From Mariprofundaceae bacterium (lineage in GTDB: Bacteria > Pseudomonadota > Zetaproteobacteria > Mariprofundales > Mariprofundaceae): a DNA stretch of 45,379 nucleotides. Both the position numbers and the translations under genes were made by a program. The stretch is from the NCBI GenBank assembly GCA_035576205.1, contig DATLWR010000084.1:1-45379 (forward strand), written 5' to 3'. Shown here piece after piece: positions 1 to 10,306 of the stretch (the stretch's first letter is position 1; every line of letters begins with the position of its first letter). A model generated the notes under the pieces. It did no database searches and was not told where the DNA came from. It was given only the letters and a program-made list of their open reading frames with translations.

Positions 1-359
1 CATAGTTGTCCAGGTATAATTCGGACATTTGATGGCGGGTCATCGTATCGATATCGGATATGGTCCTGAGCATAGGGAAGTAATTCATTCTGTCCGGGAT
101 ATATTCACTAATGTGGATGTTTCTCATGGGAATCATGATCATAGCAAACCGGGATTGATACTGTCTTCCCGCCATGTGGCATTGGATCGGGCATGGATGC
201 GATCAACCCCGATTCCGCTTGCATCCGGAGCCTATTTTCGGTAGAAAGCGCGCCGCCCGGAAGGGTGCTCCCGAAGGGGGCTATCTCGCACACCGTCTGA
301 TCCATTGTGCCCGGATATCCGGGAGTCCGGCGGTGGAGGAAAAAACAATCGGAGGACTT

Positions 360-1154
360 ATGTCTCAATTTACCATGAAGCAACTGCTCGAAGCCGGCGT
401 GCACTTCGGTCATCAGACCCGCCGCTGGAACCCGAAAATGGCGCCGTACATCTTTGGCGACCGTAACGGCATCCACATCATCGACCTGCAGAAGACCCTG
501 AAGCTGGCCAACGAGGCCTATTCGTTCATGCGCGAGCTGGCGGCTGCCGGCGGCAAGGTGCTGTTCGTCGGTACCAAGCGCCAGGCCCGTGACGCCGTCA
601 AGGAAGAGGCGCTGCGCGCCGGTCACTTCTACGTGAATCATCGCTGGCTGGGCGGTACGCTCACCAACTTCACCACCGTGCAGCAGTCGGTGCGCAAGAT
701 GAAGGATCTGATCCGCCAGAAGGAAGAGGGCGTATTGGAGCTCTTGACCAAGAAGGAAGCTCTGAACACGGAGCGTCAGCTGGAGAAGCTGGAGCGCTCG
801 CTCGGCGGTATCAAGGATATGGTCCGCCTGCCGGACTGCCTGTTCGTCATCGACGTGCGCAAGGAAGATCTGGCCGTGAAGGAAGCCAACAAGCTGGGTA
901 TCCCGGTGGTTGCCGTGGTCGACACCAACTGCAGCCCGGAAGGCATTGACTACATCATTCCGGGTAACGATGACGCCATCCGTGCGGTTCGCATGTTCTG
1001 CAGCAAGATTGCCGATGCGTTGCTGGAGGGTTCCGAGGCCTGGACGCTGGAGAACGCCGAAGAGGGCGAGGATGTGGTCGAGGCCATGGGCTCTTCCGGG
1101 ATGGAAGCCGCTGCGGGCGAAGAGGGCGAGGCCGATCAGGCCGAGGCTGCCTGA
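360..1154 (+). CDS. rpsB: 30S ribosomal protein S2
   Basis: ORF 174..1154. The conserved S2 N-terminus [27 protein letters not shown] starts at ATG 360, preceded by GGAGGA at 350-355. Acidic C-terminal tail. Followed by tsf as in the canonical operon. Confidence 0.95.
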   Translation: MSQFTMKQLLEAGVHFGHQTRRWNPKMAPYIFGDRNGIHIIDLQKTLKLANEAYSFMRELAAAGGKVLFVGTKRQARDAVKEEALRAGHFYVNHRWLGGTLTNFTTVQQSVRKMKDLIRQKEEGVLELLTKKEALNTERQLEKLERSLGGIKDMVRLPDCLFVIDVRKEDLAVKEANKLGIPVVAVVDTNCSPEGIDYIIPGNDDAIRAVRMFCSKIADALLEGSEAWTLENAEEGEDVVEAMGSSGMEAAAGEEGEADQAEAA

Positions 1155-1198
1155 GAGTCCCCACAACAACACGCAACGCAAAGGAATTGGAGGATTGA

Positions 1199-2089
1199 AT
1201 GAGCCAGGTTACGGCTGCTGATGTAAAAAAACTGCGCGAGATTTCCGGTGCCGGCATGATGGACTGCAAGAAGGCGCTGGCGGAAACCAATGGCGACATG
1301 GATGCTGCTGTTGACTACCTGCGCAAGAAGGGCCTCGCTGCCGCTTCGAAGAAGGCTGGCCGCGTGGCTGCCGAGGGGCTGGTTGTGGCCGTCTCCAAGG
1401 GCAATGCCGGCGTGCTGCTGGAAGTGAATGCCGAGACCGACTTTGTCAGCAAGAACGACCAGTTTGTCTCGTTCGTGAATGCGCTCGCCAATATCATCCT
1501 TGACAAGGCACCGGCCGACGTCGAGGCGCTGAAGGCGCTGCCGTTCGATGCCGAGTACAACGTCGAGCAGGCCCTGTCGCAGCGTATCGCCACCATCGGC
1601 GAGAACATGAACATCCGTCGCTTCGAGCGCTTCGCGGTCGACGGCGGCGTGGTGGCTTCCTACGTGCACGGCAACGGCAAGATCGGCGTATTGCTGGGTG
1701 TGAAGGGTAACAACGTGGCTGATGTGGCCCGCAACATCTCCATGCATGTCGCCGCCGCCAACCCGCAGGCGATCCGTCGCGAAGACGTGCCGGCCGAGAT
1801 GGTCGAGCGTGAGAAGGCGGTGCTTTCCGAGCGTGCTGCCGCCAGCGGCAAGCCGGCCAACATCATCGAGAAGATCGTCGAGGGACAGCTGAACAAGTTC
1901 TACGCCGACATCTGTCTGCTGGAACAGGATTTTGTCATGGACACCGACCTGAAGGTTTCCAAGGCGCTGGCTCAGGCCGATGCGAATGCCACAATTACCG
2001 CCATGGCCCGCTACCAGCTGGGTGAGGGTATCGAGAAGGAAGAGTCGGATTTTGCCGCCGAAGTGGCTGCACAAGTCCAGGGAGCCTGA
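1199..2089 (+). CDS. tsf: Translation elongation factor Ts
   Basis: 296 aa. The N-terminal UBA-like segment [42 protein letters not shown] is typical of EF-Ts. ATG preceded by GGAGGA. Immediately downstream of rpsB. Confidence 0.95.
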   Translation: MSQVTAADVKKLREISGAGMMDCKKALAETNGDMDAAVDYLRKKGLAAASKKAGRVAAEGLVVAVSKGNAGVLLEVNAETDFVSKNDQFVSFVNALANIILDKAPADVEALKALPFDAEYNVEQALSQRIATIGENMNIRRFERFAVDGGVVASYVHGNGKIGVLLGVKGNNVADVARNISMHVAAANPQAIRREDVPAEMVEREKAVLSERAAASGKPANIIEKIVEGQLNKFYADICLLEQDFVMDTDLKVSKALAQADANATITAMARYQLGEGIEKEESDFAAEVAAQVQGA

Positions 2090-2097
2090 TCGCAGTC

Positions 2098-2838
2098 ATG
2101 GGGGAAACAGCCGGAAACAGCAGCAAACATCCCTACAAGCGGGTGCTGCTCAAGCTTTCCGGCGAAGTGTTGATGGGAGATGCCGGTTACGGCATCGACC
2201 CGTCGACGATCAACCGGTTGGCCGAAGAGCTGATCAGGGTCCGCAATTCCGGTGTCGAGCTGGCTGTGGTAATCGGCGGCGGCAACATCTTCCGCGGCAT
2301 GATGGGTACCGCCTCGGGCATGGACCGGGCCAGTGCTGATTATATGGGCATGCTGGCGACCGTGATGAACGCCATAGCCCTGCAGGATGCGATCGAACGC
2401 AACGGCGGCTATGCCCGGGTCATTTCCGCACTGCATGTCAAGGAAGTCGCCGAACCCTATATCCGCCGCCGTGCGCTGCGGCATCTGGAAAAGGGGCGCA
2501 TCCTTGTGTTCGCCGCCGGTACCGGCAATCCCTATTTCACGACCGACACTGCCGCCAGCCTGCGCGCCATGGAGATCCAGGCCGATGCCGTGCTGAAGGG
2601 CACCAAGGTCGATGGCGTCTATACCGCCGATCCGGCGCGTGATCCGAACGCCAAACGCTACGATACGCTGACCTTTACCGAAGCCCTGACCAAGCGTCTG
2701 GGTGTCATGGATGCGACGGCGATGTCGCTGTGCCGGGACAACCGCATGCCGATTATCGTTTTCAATGTCACCAAGCCGGGTGAGATGTTCAGGGCCGTTT
2801 CCGGAGAGCCGGTCGGTACCATAGTCCGGGAGGATTGA
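2098..2838 (+). CDS. pyrH: UMP kinase
   Basis: 246 aa. Motifs [21 protein letters not shown] and [13 protein letters not shown]. Conserved tsf-pyrH-frr order. Confidence 0.95.
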   Translation: MGETAGNSSKHPYKRVLLKLSGEVLMGDAGYGIDPSTINRLAEELIRVRNSGVELAVVIGGGNIFRGMMGTASGMDRASADYMGMLATVMNAIALQDAIERNGGYARVISALHVKEVAEPYIRRRALRHLEKGRILVFAAGTGNPYFTTDTAASLRAMEIQADAVLKGTKVDGVYTADPARDPNAKRYDTLTFTEALTKRLGVMDATAMSLCRDNRMPIIVFNVTKPGEMFRAVSGEPVGTIVRED

Positions 2839-2841
2839 GCC

Positions 2842-3387
2842 ATGCCTGCCAACGTTGAATCGCGAATGGAAAAAAGCATTGCGGCGCTGAAAAGCGAGCT
2901 GGCGACGATCCGCACCGGCCGCGCCAATGCGGCACTGCTCGATCATGTGCGGGTGAACTATTACGGTTCCGAGGTGCCGGTGAACCAGGTCGGCAATATC
3001 TCGGTGCCTGAACCGCGTATCCTGATGATCACGCCATGGGAAAAGTCGGCACTGAAGGATATCGAGAAGGCGATCATGACCGCCGATCTTGGTCTGAATC
3101 CTTCCAACGACGGCAGCGTGGTCCGCGTGATCCTGCCGGAGCTGACCGAGGAGCGCCGCAAGGATCTGGTCAAGCAGGTGCGCGCCGTCAGCGAAAAGGC
3201 CAAGGTGTCGGTGCGTAATATCCGCCGCGACGCCAACGAGGAAGTGAAGGCCAAGGTGAAGAACGAGGGCCTTCCCGAGGACGAGAGCAAGCGCCTGCAG
3301 GATCGCATCCAGAAGGTCACCGACAAATTCATCGCTGAGATCGACGAGATCACCGAGCACAAAGAGAAAGAAATCCTGACCGTCTGA
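2842..3387 (+). CDS. frr: Ribosome recycling factor
   Basis: 181 aa. RRF-like sequence (LDHVRVNYYGSEVPVNQVGNISVPEPR, IRRDANEE). Follows pyrH. Confidence 0.95.
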   Translation: MPANVESRMEKSIAALKSELATIRTGRANAALLDHVRVNYYGSEVPVNQVGNISVPEPRILMITPWEKSALKDIEKAIMTADLGLNPSNDGSVVRVILPELTEERRKDLVKQVRAVSEKAKVSVRNIRRDANEEVKAKVKNEGLPEDESKRLQDRIQKVTDKFIAEIDEITEHKEKEILTV

Positions 3388-4139
3388 TGAGCTCGCCGCA
3401 GCAGCCGCCAGCGCACCTGGCCATTCCCCGGCATGTTGGCATCATCATGGATGGCAACGGCCGCTGGGCCAAGCAGCGGGGATTACCGCGGCTTGAAGGA
3501 CACCGCCGAGGTGCCGACCGGGCGCGCGACGTCGTCAGCTGGGCCGCCGATCTCGGGATCCGCGAGCTTTCGCTCTATGCCTTTTCAACCGAAAACTGGG
3601 AGCGCCCGCAGGACGAAGTGTCAGCACTGATGAGCCTCTTGGCCACCTTGCTGCCCCGACAGCTGCCGGAAATGCAGCGGCAGGGCGTGCGCCTGAAGGT
3701 GCTGGGCGATATCTCGCCCCTGCCGGGCATGGCGCGCCGGGCGGTCGAGAAGTGCTGCGCCGAAACGGCCGGCAATTCACGCATTGACCTGATTCTCTGC
3801 CTCAATTACGGCGGCCAGCAGGAGATCGTGGCCGGGGTACGCAAGTTTGTGGCCTGGCTGGGCGAGCAGATCGATCCGCAAGCCGCGCTCGACGGACTCG
3901 ATCCCAAGCTGTTTCGCTCCATGCTCTGGCGTTCCGATATGGCGCCGGTGGATTTGCTGATCCGCACCGGTGGCGAACAGCGCATTTCCAATTTCCATCT
4001 CTGGGATGCGGCCTACGCCGAACTCTATTTCAGCGATGTATTCTGGCCGGATTACAGCCGGGACGATCTGGCGAAGGCCGTCGAGGCCTATGGCCAGCGC
4101 GAACGGCGTTTTGGCCTAACCAGCGAGCAGGTGCGCTGA
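3387..4139 (+). CDS. uppS: Di-trans,poly-cis-undecaprenyl-diphosphate synthase
   Basis: 250 aa. cis-prenyltransferase motifs HVGIIMDGNGRWA and RTGGEQRISNFHLWDAAYAELYF. The ATG overlaps the frr stop by 1 nt (TGATG). Confidence 0.9.
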   Translation: MSSPQQPPAHLAIPRHVGIIMDGNGRWAKQRGLPRLEGHRRGADRARDVVSWAADLGIRELSLYAFSTENWERPQDEVSALMSLLATLLPRQLPEMQRQGVRLKVLGDISPLPGMARRAVEKCCAETAGNSRIDLILCLNYGGQQEIVAGVRKFVAWLGEQIDPQAALDGLDPKLFRSMLWRSDMAPVDLLIRTGGEQRISNFHLWDAAYAELYFSDVFWPDYSRDDLAKAVEAYGQRERRFGLTSEQVR

Positions 4140-4912
4140 TGGGTGAGCTGGGCAAGCGCATCGTCACTGCCGTAATCCTGCTGGCGCTGGTGGTCGGCTG
4201 GTTCGTATGGCTGCCGACGCCATGGTTTGAATGGGTGCTGGCTGCGATCGGCGTGCTGGCCACCTGGGAGCTTCTCCGGCTGATGAAGCTGCCGTTACCG
4301 CTGGCCTACCTAGCGGTATCCATGCCGATCTGGTGGTACCTGGCCACCGGCATCTCGCTGTCCGTGACCCTGCTCATGCTGGTGATCTGGTTCGGCATCT
4401 ATGCCTGGGCATCGCGCGCCGGAGCCATTCCGTTCGAGCGGTTTGCCGGCCTTGTCTGGATGGCGGGCTGGCTGGTCATGACCGTGTGGGTGGTTGGCAA
4501 TTCGCACGGCACCGAAAGCGGGCGGGCACTGCTGGTGGCGGTCTGTTTCGGTGTCTGGTCTTCCGATATCGCCGCCTATTTTGCCGGCAGGCTCTGGGGG
4601 CGCCACAAGCTTTGCCCGGCGATCAGTCCCGGCAAATCCCTTGAGGGGCTGGCTGCCGGTTTGCTGGTCGGCGTGGCCGTAATGGCGGGACTGTTGTTGC
4701 AGGCTGGTTATGCACCCGTCGTGGCGGCGGCATTGTCGGTGACGGCGGTTGTGGCGGGGGTGCTCGGCGATCTCTCCGAATCGGCGCTGAAACGCATGCA
4801 GGGTGCCAAGGACAGTGGTTCTTTGCTACCGGGTCACGGCGGCATTCTCGACCGTATCGATGCGATCATCATGGCGTTGCCCGCTGCGTGGATCGCCTGG
4901 AGCATGTTGTGA
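4139..4912 (+). CDS. cdsA: Phosphatidate cytidylyltransferase (CDP-diglyceride synthase)
   Basis: 257 aa polytopic membrane protein with the CTP-transferase signature SESALKRMQGAKDSGSLLPGHGGILDRIDA. The ATG overlaps the uppS stop by 1 nt. Confidence 0.85.
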   Translation: MGELGKRIVTAVILLALVVGWFVWLPTPWFEWVLAAIGVLATWELLRLMKLPLPLAYLAVSMPIWWYLATGISLSVTLLMLVIWFGIYAWASRAGAIPFERFAGLVWMAGWLVMTVWVVGNSHGTESGRALLVAVCFGVWSSDIAAYFAGRLWGRHKLCPAISPGKSLEGLAAGLLVGVAVMAGLLLQAGYAPVVAAALSVTAVVAGVLGDLSESALKRMQGAKDSGSLLPGHGGILDRIDAIIMALPAAWIAWSML

Positions 4913-6057
4913 AGCAGGTCGTCATTCTCGGCGCTACCGGTTCGATAGGAATCAATACTGCCGACGTGATGCTGCAGCATCCCGAAAGGTTTGCGGCGCA
5001 TACACTGGTCGGTCACCGCAATGCGGACAAGATGGCCGAACTGGCGGAACAGCTACGGCCGCAGTGGGTGGTGATGACCGATCCGGCTGCGGCCGAACAG
5101 CTGCAGGGGAGACTGCCTGCGGGCTGCAGGCTCGAGACCGGTATGCAGGCGGCCGAAGAACTGGTGGCGCGTCCCGAAGTGGATATCGTCATGGCTGCGA
5201 TGGTCGGCTCCGCCGGGTTGCCGGCGACACTTGCGGCCGTACGGGCCGGCAAGCGCGTGGCCTTGGCCAACAAGGAGTGCCTGGTGACCGCCGGCCGTAT
5301 CTTCATGCGCGAAGCGGCCAGGCACGGTGCCAGGGTGTTGCCGGTCGACTCGGAACATGCGGCTGTGCATCAGGCCCTGATGGGGCACGATCAGAAAAGC
5401 GTCAGGAAAGTGATCCTGACCGCTTCCGGCGGACCGTTCCGCGACCGTGATCCGGCGACATTGAAGGACGTGACGCCGGAGCAGGCGATTGCACATCCGA
5501 ACTGGGCCATGGGGGCCAAGATCAGCGTCGATTCGGCGACGATGATGAACAAGGCGCTGGAGCTGATCGAGGCGCGTTGGCTGTTCGACATGCCGGTGGA
5601 AAAACTCTCGGCGATCATCCATCCGCAGAGCATCGTGCATGCATTGGTCGAGTATCTTGACGGCTCCGTGCTGGCACAGCTGGCGATGCCGGACATGCGC
5701 ATGCCGATCGCCTATGCGATGCAGGGCGATTCGCGGCTCACCTCGGGTATTCCCTGGCTGGACCTGGCTGCGACGGGCAGTCTGCATTTCCAGGCCGTGG
5801 ATGAGCGGCGTTTCCCCTCCATGCGGCTGGTCCGCGATGTTTTGGCCGGCCGAGATTCGCTGGCCATTGCTTTCAATGCAGCCAACGAGGTAGCCAATCA
5901 GGCGTTCCGCGATCGCCGCATCGGTTTCATGGCGATCGTCGAGACGGTCGAAACGGTGCTCGGCAAGGTGGAAAATGTTCCTGTCGACACCCTGGAGGCC
6001 GTGTGGTCGCATGACCGCCTTGCCAGATCCCTGGCGACCGAGGTAATCAACCGTTGA
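4909..6057 (+). CDS. dxr: 1-deoxy-D-xylulose 5-phosphate reductoisomerase
   Basis: ORF 4888..6057. Motifs ILGATGSIG (NADPH binding), LANKE, DSEH and HPNWAMG. I prefer GTG 4909 (VKQVVILGATGSIG), which overlaps the cdsA stop as GTGA. ATG 4888 is the alternative start. Confidence 0.9.
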   Translation: MKQVVILGATGSIGINTADVMLQHPERFAAHTLVGHRNADKMAELAEQLRPQWVVMTDPAAAEQLQGRLPAGCRLETGMQAAEELVARPEVDIVMAAMVGSAGLPATLAAVRAGKRVALANKECLVTAGRIFMREAARHGARVLPVDSEHAAVHQALMGHDQKSVRKVILTASGGPFRDRDPATLKDVTPEQAIAHPNWAMGAKISVDSATMMNKALELIEARWLFDMPVEKLSAIIHPQSIVHALVEYLDGSVLAQLAMPDMRMPIAYAMQGDSRLTSGIPWLDLAATGSLHFQAVDERRFPSMRLVRDVLAGRDSLAIAFNAANEVANQAFRDRRIGFMAIVETVETVLGKVENVPVDTLEAVWSHDRLARSLATEVINR

Positions 6058-7415
6058 TTGAAGTTCTGCATACCACTCTGGCATTTGTCGTTGCGATCGC
6101 GCTGCTCGTTGCCGTTCATGAATTTGGCCACTTTCTGGTGGCGCGCAAACTGGGCATCAAGGTCGAAAAATTTTCCATAGGCTTCGGGCCGGCGCTGTTT
6201 TCCTGGCGCAGCCGTGATGGTGAGGTGCTGTATGTCATCGCCGCCATCCCGCTCGGCGGCTACGTGAAAATGTTTGGCGAGAATCCGGATGAAGAGGGCG
6301 GTGAAGCGAGAACGACGCTGAGCGAAGCGGAACGTGCGCGCGCTTTCGATGTGCAACCGGTCTGGAAGCGTGCCGCAGTCGCGGTGGCCGGTCCGGGCTT
6401 TAATTTCCTGTTTGCCATCGTGGCCTATGCCATGGTCGGCTGGATCGGCCAGAACGTGATTCCGCCGGTGATCGGCAATGTGGCTCCGGCATCGCTTGCC
6501 GAGCGCGCAGGCATGGAGTCGGGCGATCGTATCCTGAAGGTGGATGGCAGTGCCATGCATTCGTGGTCGCAGATCGAGGAGGCATTGAAGGGAGTCACCG
6601 GCCGCGATGCGAATTTCGATCTGCTGCGTGAAGGCAACGAATTCCAGGTCACGGTACACGTGCCGACGCCGGCGAAGGATCCCTGGCTGATTAATGTCGC
6701 CGACGACCTGCTCGGTATGTCGCCCGGGCTGAAGATCGTAATCGCCAAGGTGGTGCCGGGTTCTCCGGCCGAAAAGAGCGGTATCCGAAGCGGTGACGTA
6801 ATCCGGCTGCTCAACGGGCGCACCTATTCCGACGTCGGTCAGCTGATCGAGGAGATCCGGGCCCAGGGAGCGCAGATGCTGAATGTCGGCATCGACAGGG
6901 ACGGGACGTTGCTGGATATCCGTGTGCAGCCCGAAGCCGATGCCCAGGGCAATGTACGTATCGGCGTCATGCTGGCCGCCCAGGCAATGCTGGGTGAGGA
7001 GGTTTACCGCATGGGGCCGCTGACTGGTGCGTTCTACGGCTTCGAGCGTACCTGGGAGATGACGGCGCTGACCGTGCAGGTGGTCGGGAAAATGCTGACA
7101 GCCGCCATCTCTCCCGATAACCTCGGGGGACCCATCGCGATTGCGCAGATGGCGGGAAAGACCGCTGAACTCGGGCTGGTATCGTTTCTGACGTTCCTGG
7201 CTCTCATTTCCGTCAATCTTGCAGTGTTGAATCTGTTCCCGGTGCCGGTGCTGGACGGCGGGCATCTGCTTTATCTGGGACTGGAGAAACTTCGCGGCAG
7301 GCCGTTGTCGCCAAAGGTGATGGGTTTTACGCAAATCGTTGGCGTGGCGCTGATCGTCGCGCTGATGGTTTTCGCATTTTATAACGATCTATCTCGTTTA
7401 GATTGGTCACGTTAG
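6054..7415 (+). CDS. rseP: RIP zinc metalloprotease RseP (site-2 protease)
   Basis: 453 aa. HEFGH zinc motif in TM1, central PDZ-like segments, C-terminal NLFPVPVLDGGHL motif. TTG start overlaps the dxr stop (TTGA). Conserved position upstream of bamA. Confidence 0.9.
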   Translation: MIEVLHTTLAFVVAIALLVAVHEFGHFLVARKLGIKVEKFSIGFGPALFSWRSRDGEVLYVIAAIPLGGYVKMFGENPDEEGGEARTTLSEAERARAFDVQPVWKRAAVAVAGPGFNFLFAIVAYAMVGWIGQNVIPPVIGNVAPASLAERAGMESGDRILKVDGSAMHSWSQIEEALKGVTGRDANFDLLREGNEFQVTVHVPTPAKDPWLINVADDLLGMSPGLKIVIAKVVPGSPAEKSGIRSGDVIRLLNGRTYSDVGQLIEEIRAQGAQMLNVGIDRDGTLLDIRVQPEADAQGNVRIGVMLAAQAMLGEEVYRMGPLTGAFYGFERTWEMTALTVQVVGKMLTAAISPDNLGGPIAIAQMAGKTAELGLVSFLTFLALISVNLAVLNLFPVPVLDGGHLLYLGLEKLRGRPLSPKVMGFTQIVGVALIVALMVFAFYNDLSRLDWSR

Positions 7416-7429
7416 TTCAGGGGATAGGG

Positions 7430-9763
7430 ATGCTCCGGTTCGGAATGAAAAAATCGTGGCGCGGCATGTTTGTGCTGGCGATATTGGTGATGCTCGGGGC
7501 TCAGTCTGCGGGTGCTGAAGATCTTCAGCGGGTCATTGCCATCGATGTGACCGGCAACCGCCATATCGAAAAAGAGACGATTCTCGACCGCGTGCGAAGC
7601 AAGATCGGCCAGCCGGTCGATCGCGCAACGATCAGCCGCGATGTCAAAAGACTTTATGATTCCGGTTTCTTTTCCGACGTGCAGGTCATCGGCCACAGGG
7701 GGGCGGACGGTGTGCGGCTCGAATACGCCGTACAGGAATATCCGCTGATCGGCAACGTGGAGCTCGTCGGCAACCATGAGGTGACATCCAAAGATCTCAA
7801 GGTGCGCCTGAAGCTGAAATCCGGCCAGGTATTCAGTCCCCTGAACGAGCGTTCCGATATCAACACCATCCGCAAGGGATATGTGAAGAAGGGCTATTAT
7901 CAGGTGGATGTGGATGTCGAACAGAAACCGCGTGGCGAGGGGATCGTCGATGTGGTGCTGCACGTCCATGAGGGCAAGGTGACCCGCATCAAGCGCATCC
8001 GCTTCATCGGCAACAAGGTATTCACAGACGACGACCTGCATGAGGTGATCGGCTCCCGGCAGTCGGATGCGATGACCTGGCTGACCGATCGTGATCTGTT
8101 CGATAAGAACCGCATGGATGCCGACAGTCAGATGCTGCTGCAGTATTATATGAACCGGGGCTATGTCGATGCCAAGGTGGAGTCCACGCTGGTCAGCCTG
8201 AGCGAGGACAAGTCGGGGTTTGACCTGACCTTTTCGCTGCAGGAGGGGGTACAATACCGTATCGGCAAGATCGAGCTGCAGGGTGACGTCGTGCCGGACG
8301 AGGCGACGCTCCGCAAGCTCGTGACGCTGGAGAGCGGCGATATCTATTCGCTGAGCGCAATGCAGAAAACAATCGAGGCACTGACCGAACGTGTGGGCGA
8401 CGAAGGTTATGCCTTTGCGACCGTCACACCGCTGTTTCACCGTGACATCGAATCCCGCATCGTCGATATCAGCTTCGATATCGAGAAGGGGCGCGAAGTC
8501 TATGTCGAGCGCATCGAGGTGGCCGGCAATGCCAAGACCGATGATTCGGTCGTGCGCCGGGAGATGCGCCAGGACGAGGGCGCGAGGTATTCGGCCAGCA
8601 AGGTCAGGCGCTCGAAAGAGCGGCTCAAGCGCATCGAATATTTCGACGACGTACGTGTGTCGTTGCCCAAGGGTTCGAACTCGCAGATGACCAAGATGCG
8701 GGTGGAGATCAACGAGAAAAAGAGCGGTTCGCTGCAGTTCGGTGTGGGTTATTCGCAGGTCGAGAAGCTTTTCTTTACGGCCAAGATCGATGAGAAGAAC
8801 CTGTTGGGCAAGGGTTACCGGGCTTCGCTGGATGGTACCTTCGGCGCCAAGACCCAGAACTACAATGTCGGCTTCACCGATCCGTACTTCATGGGTGAGG
8901 ATGTCAGCGCTTCGGTCGGTCTCTACAAGAGCCAGACCAACACCACGCAGGTTCAGCAGAATTACAACCAGGCCAATATCGGTGGCAATGTCGGCTTCGG
9001 GATCCCGCTGACGGAGCAGCTGACCTACAGCATCGGTTACAATTTCAATCGCACGACGTTGAGCAATATCCCAGCCACCGCCTCGATCGTCACCCAATCG
9101 CAGTCCGGCACGCATATGACGGGCGAAATCAGCAATTCGCTGACCTACGATTCGCGGGATCGGGTCGTCGCCCCGCATAACGGCCATATCGAACAGTTGA
9201 CTGCTTCCTATGCCGGTCTTGGCGGTAACGACCATTTCTATACGGCCAATGCCTCCTCATCGGTCTATTTCCCGTTCGGAAAGGACGAGGATTTCGTGCT
9301 CAGTCCGTCGCTGAATGTGGGTACGATCCGTCCGCAGAAGGGCTACCAGGTTCCACTTTACCGGCGTTTTTCGCTGGGTGGTGTCGGCAGCGTCCGGGGA
9401 TTCGACAGTTATGGCATTTCCGTGCGCGACCCGGTGACCAAGGAAGCGCTCGGTGGCGACAACATGGCCACGGCAAGGGTCAATCTATTCTTCCCCATTC
9501 CGTACATGCAGACGGCTGGCTTCCGCGGTGTGGCATTTGCCGATGCCGGTACGACATGGGGTAATGTTTCGGCAACCGTTGGCGCTACAACTCTGAACGT
9601 GACGGAACCATTTTCTTTTGCCAAGATTCGCGCTTCGCTGGGTTTCGGCATCGAATGGACATCGCCGGTTGGTCCGGTCGCCCTGGTGTGGGGGTTCCCG
9701 GTGCGAAGCCAGCCAGGGGATGTGAAGAGACAGTTTGAGTTCGCTCTGGGCGGACAATTTTAG
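7430..9763 (+). CDS. bamA: Outer membrane protein assembly factor BamA
   Basis: ORF 7403..9763 opens with TTG. ATG 7430 gives the signal peptide MLRFGMKKSWRGMFVLAILVMLGAQSAGA. POTRA-like repeats (IDVTGNRHIEKETI, IRFIGNKVFTDDDL, IELQGD, IEVAGNAKTDD). C-terminal barrel ends in ...FEFALGGQF with a terminal aromatic residue. Confidence 0.9.
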   Translation: MLRFGMKKSWRGMFVLAILVMLGAQSAGAEDLQRVIAIDVTGNRHIEKETILDRVRSKIGQPVDRATISRDVKRLYDSGFFSDVQVIGHRGADGVRLEYAVQEYPLIGNVELVGNHEVTSKDLKVRLKLKSGQVFSPLNERSDINTIRKGYVKKGYYQVDVDVEQKPRGEGIVDVVLHVHEGKVTRIKRIRFIGNKVFTDDDLHEVIGSRQSDAMTWLTDRDLFDKNRMDADSQMLLQYYMNRGYVDAKVESTLVSLSEDKSGFDLTFSLQEGVQYRIGKIELQGDVVPDEATLRKLVTLESGDIYSLSAMQKTIEALTERVGDEGYAFATVTPLFHRDIESRIVDISFDIEKGREVYVERIEVAGNAKTDDSVVRREMRQDEGARYSASKVRRSKERLKRIEYFDDVRVSLPKGSNSQMTKMRVEINEKKSGSLQFGVGYSQVEKLFFTAKIDEKNLLGKGYRASLDGTFGAKTQNYNVGFTDPYFMGEDVSASVGLYKSQTNTTQVQQNYNQANIGGNVGFGIPLTEQLTYSIGYNFNRTTLSNIPATASIVTQSQSGTHMTGEISNSLTYDSRDRVVAPHNGHIEQLTASYAGLGGNDHFYTANASSSVYFPFGKDEDFVLSPSLNVGTIRPQKGYQVPLYRRFSLGGVGSVRGFDSYGISVRDPVTKEALGGDNMATARVNLFFPIPYMQTAGFRGVAFADAGTTWGNVSATVGATTLNVTEPFSFAKIRASLGFGIEWTSPVGPVALVWGFPVRSQPGDVKRQFEFALGGQF

Positions 9764-9777
9764 GGGGATTCTGGAGA

Positions 9778-10302
9778 ATGATGATGCAGAGATATACAGG
9801 TGCAGTTCGCGGCATGGTGATTGCTGCCGCAATGATCGGTTATGCTGGGGTTGCTTGTGCCGGAGATATGAAAATCGGCTATGTCGATGTGAAGAGCGCC
9901 GTGGAGAACACGGCCGCTTATCAGGCGGGTCTGAAGAAGCTCGAGGCACTGAAGAACCAGAAACAGAAAGAACTCGATGCCATGAGCGCCAAGATCGACC
10001 AGGCGGAAAAGGACATCCTCGGCCAGTCAATGGCGATGTCCCCGGATCGCCTGGCTGCCAAGCAGCAGGATCTGAACGAGATGCGGAAGAACTACAACCG
10101 CACGCGGGATGACGCCAACGAAGAGCTGGCCACCGAAAAGAACCGTCTGGACATGAGTGTCGGCGCAAAGCTGCAGACCGTGCTGCAGGAGTTCGGCAAG
10201 GAGGGCGGCTTCGACATGATCCTGCCTCGCCCGGTAATGCTTTACGCCGATCCGAAATTCGATGTGACGGCAGAAATCACCAAGCGGCTGGACAAGAAAT
10301 AA
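9778..10302 (+). CDS. skp: Periplasmic chaperone Skp (OmpH family)
   Basis: 174 aa. Signal peptide followed by a K/E/Q-rich coiled-coil-like body. MKIGYVDV start of the mature region is typical of OmpH. Lies between bamA and lpxD. Confidence 0.8.
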   Translation: MMMQRYTGAVRGMVIAAAMIGYAGVACAGDMKIGYVDVKSAVENTAAYQAGLKKLEALKNQKQKELDAMSAKIDQAEKDILGQSMAMSPDRLAAKQQDLNEMRKNYNRTRDDANEELATEKNRLDMSVGAKLQTVLQEFGKEGGFDMILPRPVMLYADPKFDVTAEITKRLDKK

Positions 10303-10306
10303 TCCC

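Noticed and set aside
15-20. Perfect TATAAT hexamer at the extreme left edge, as a possible rpsB promoter -10.
   Set aside because: The matching -35 region would fall at or beyond the window edge (TTGTCC at 6-11 is only 3 nt away). The hexamer is also about 340 nt from the rpsB ATG, so it cannot be evaluated.
29-244. 71 aa ORF in the rpsB upstream region.
   Set aside because: It has no SD, no recognisable domain and an atypical composition. It lies inside what looks like a non-coding leader or promoter region.
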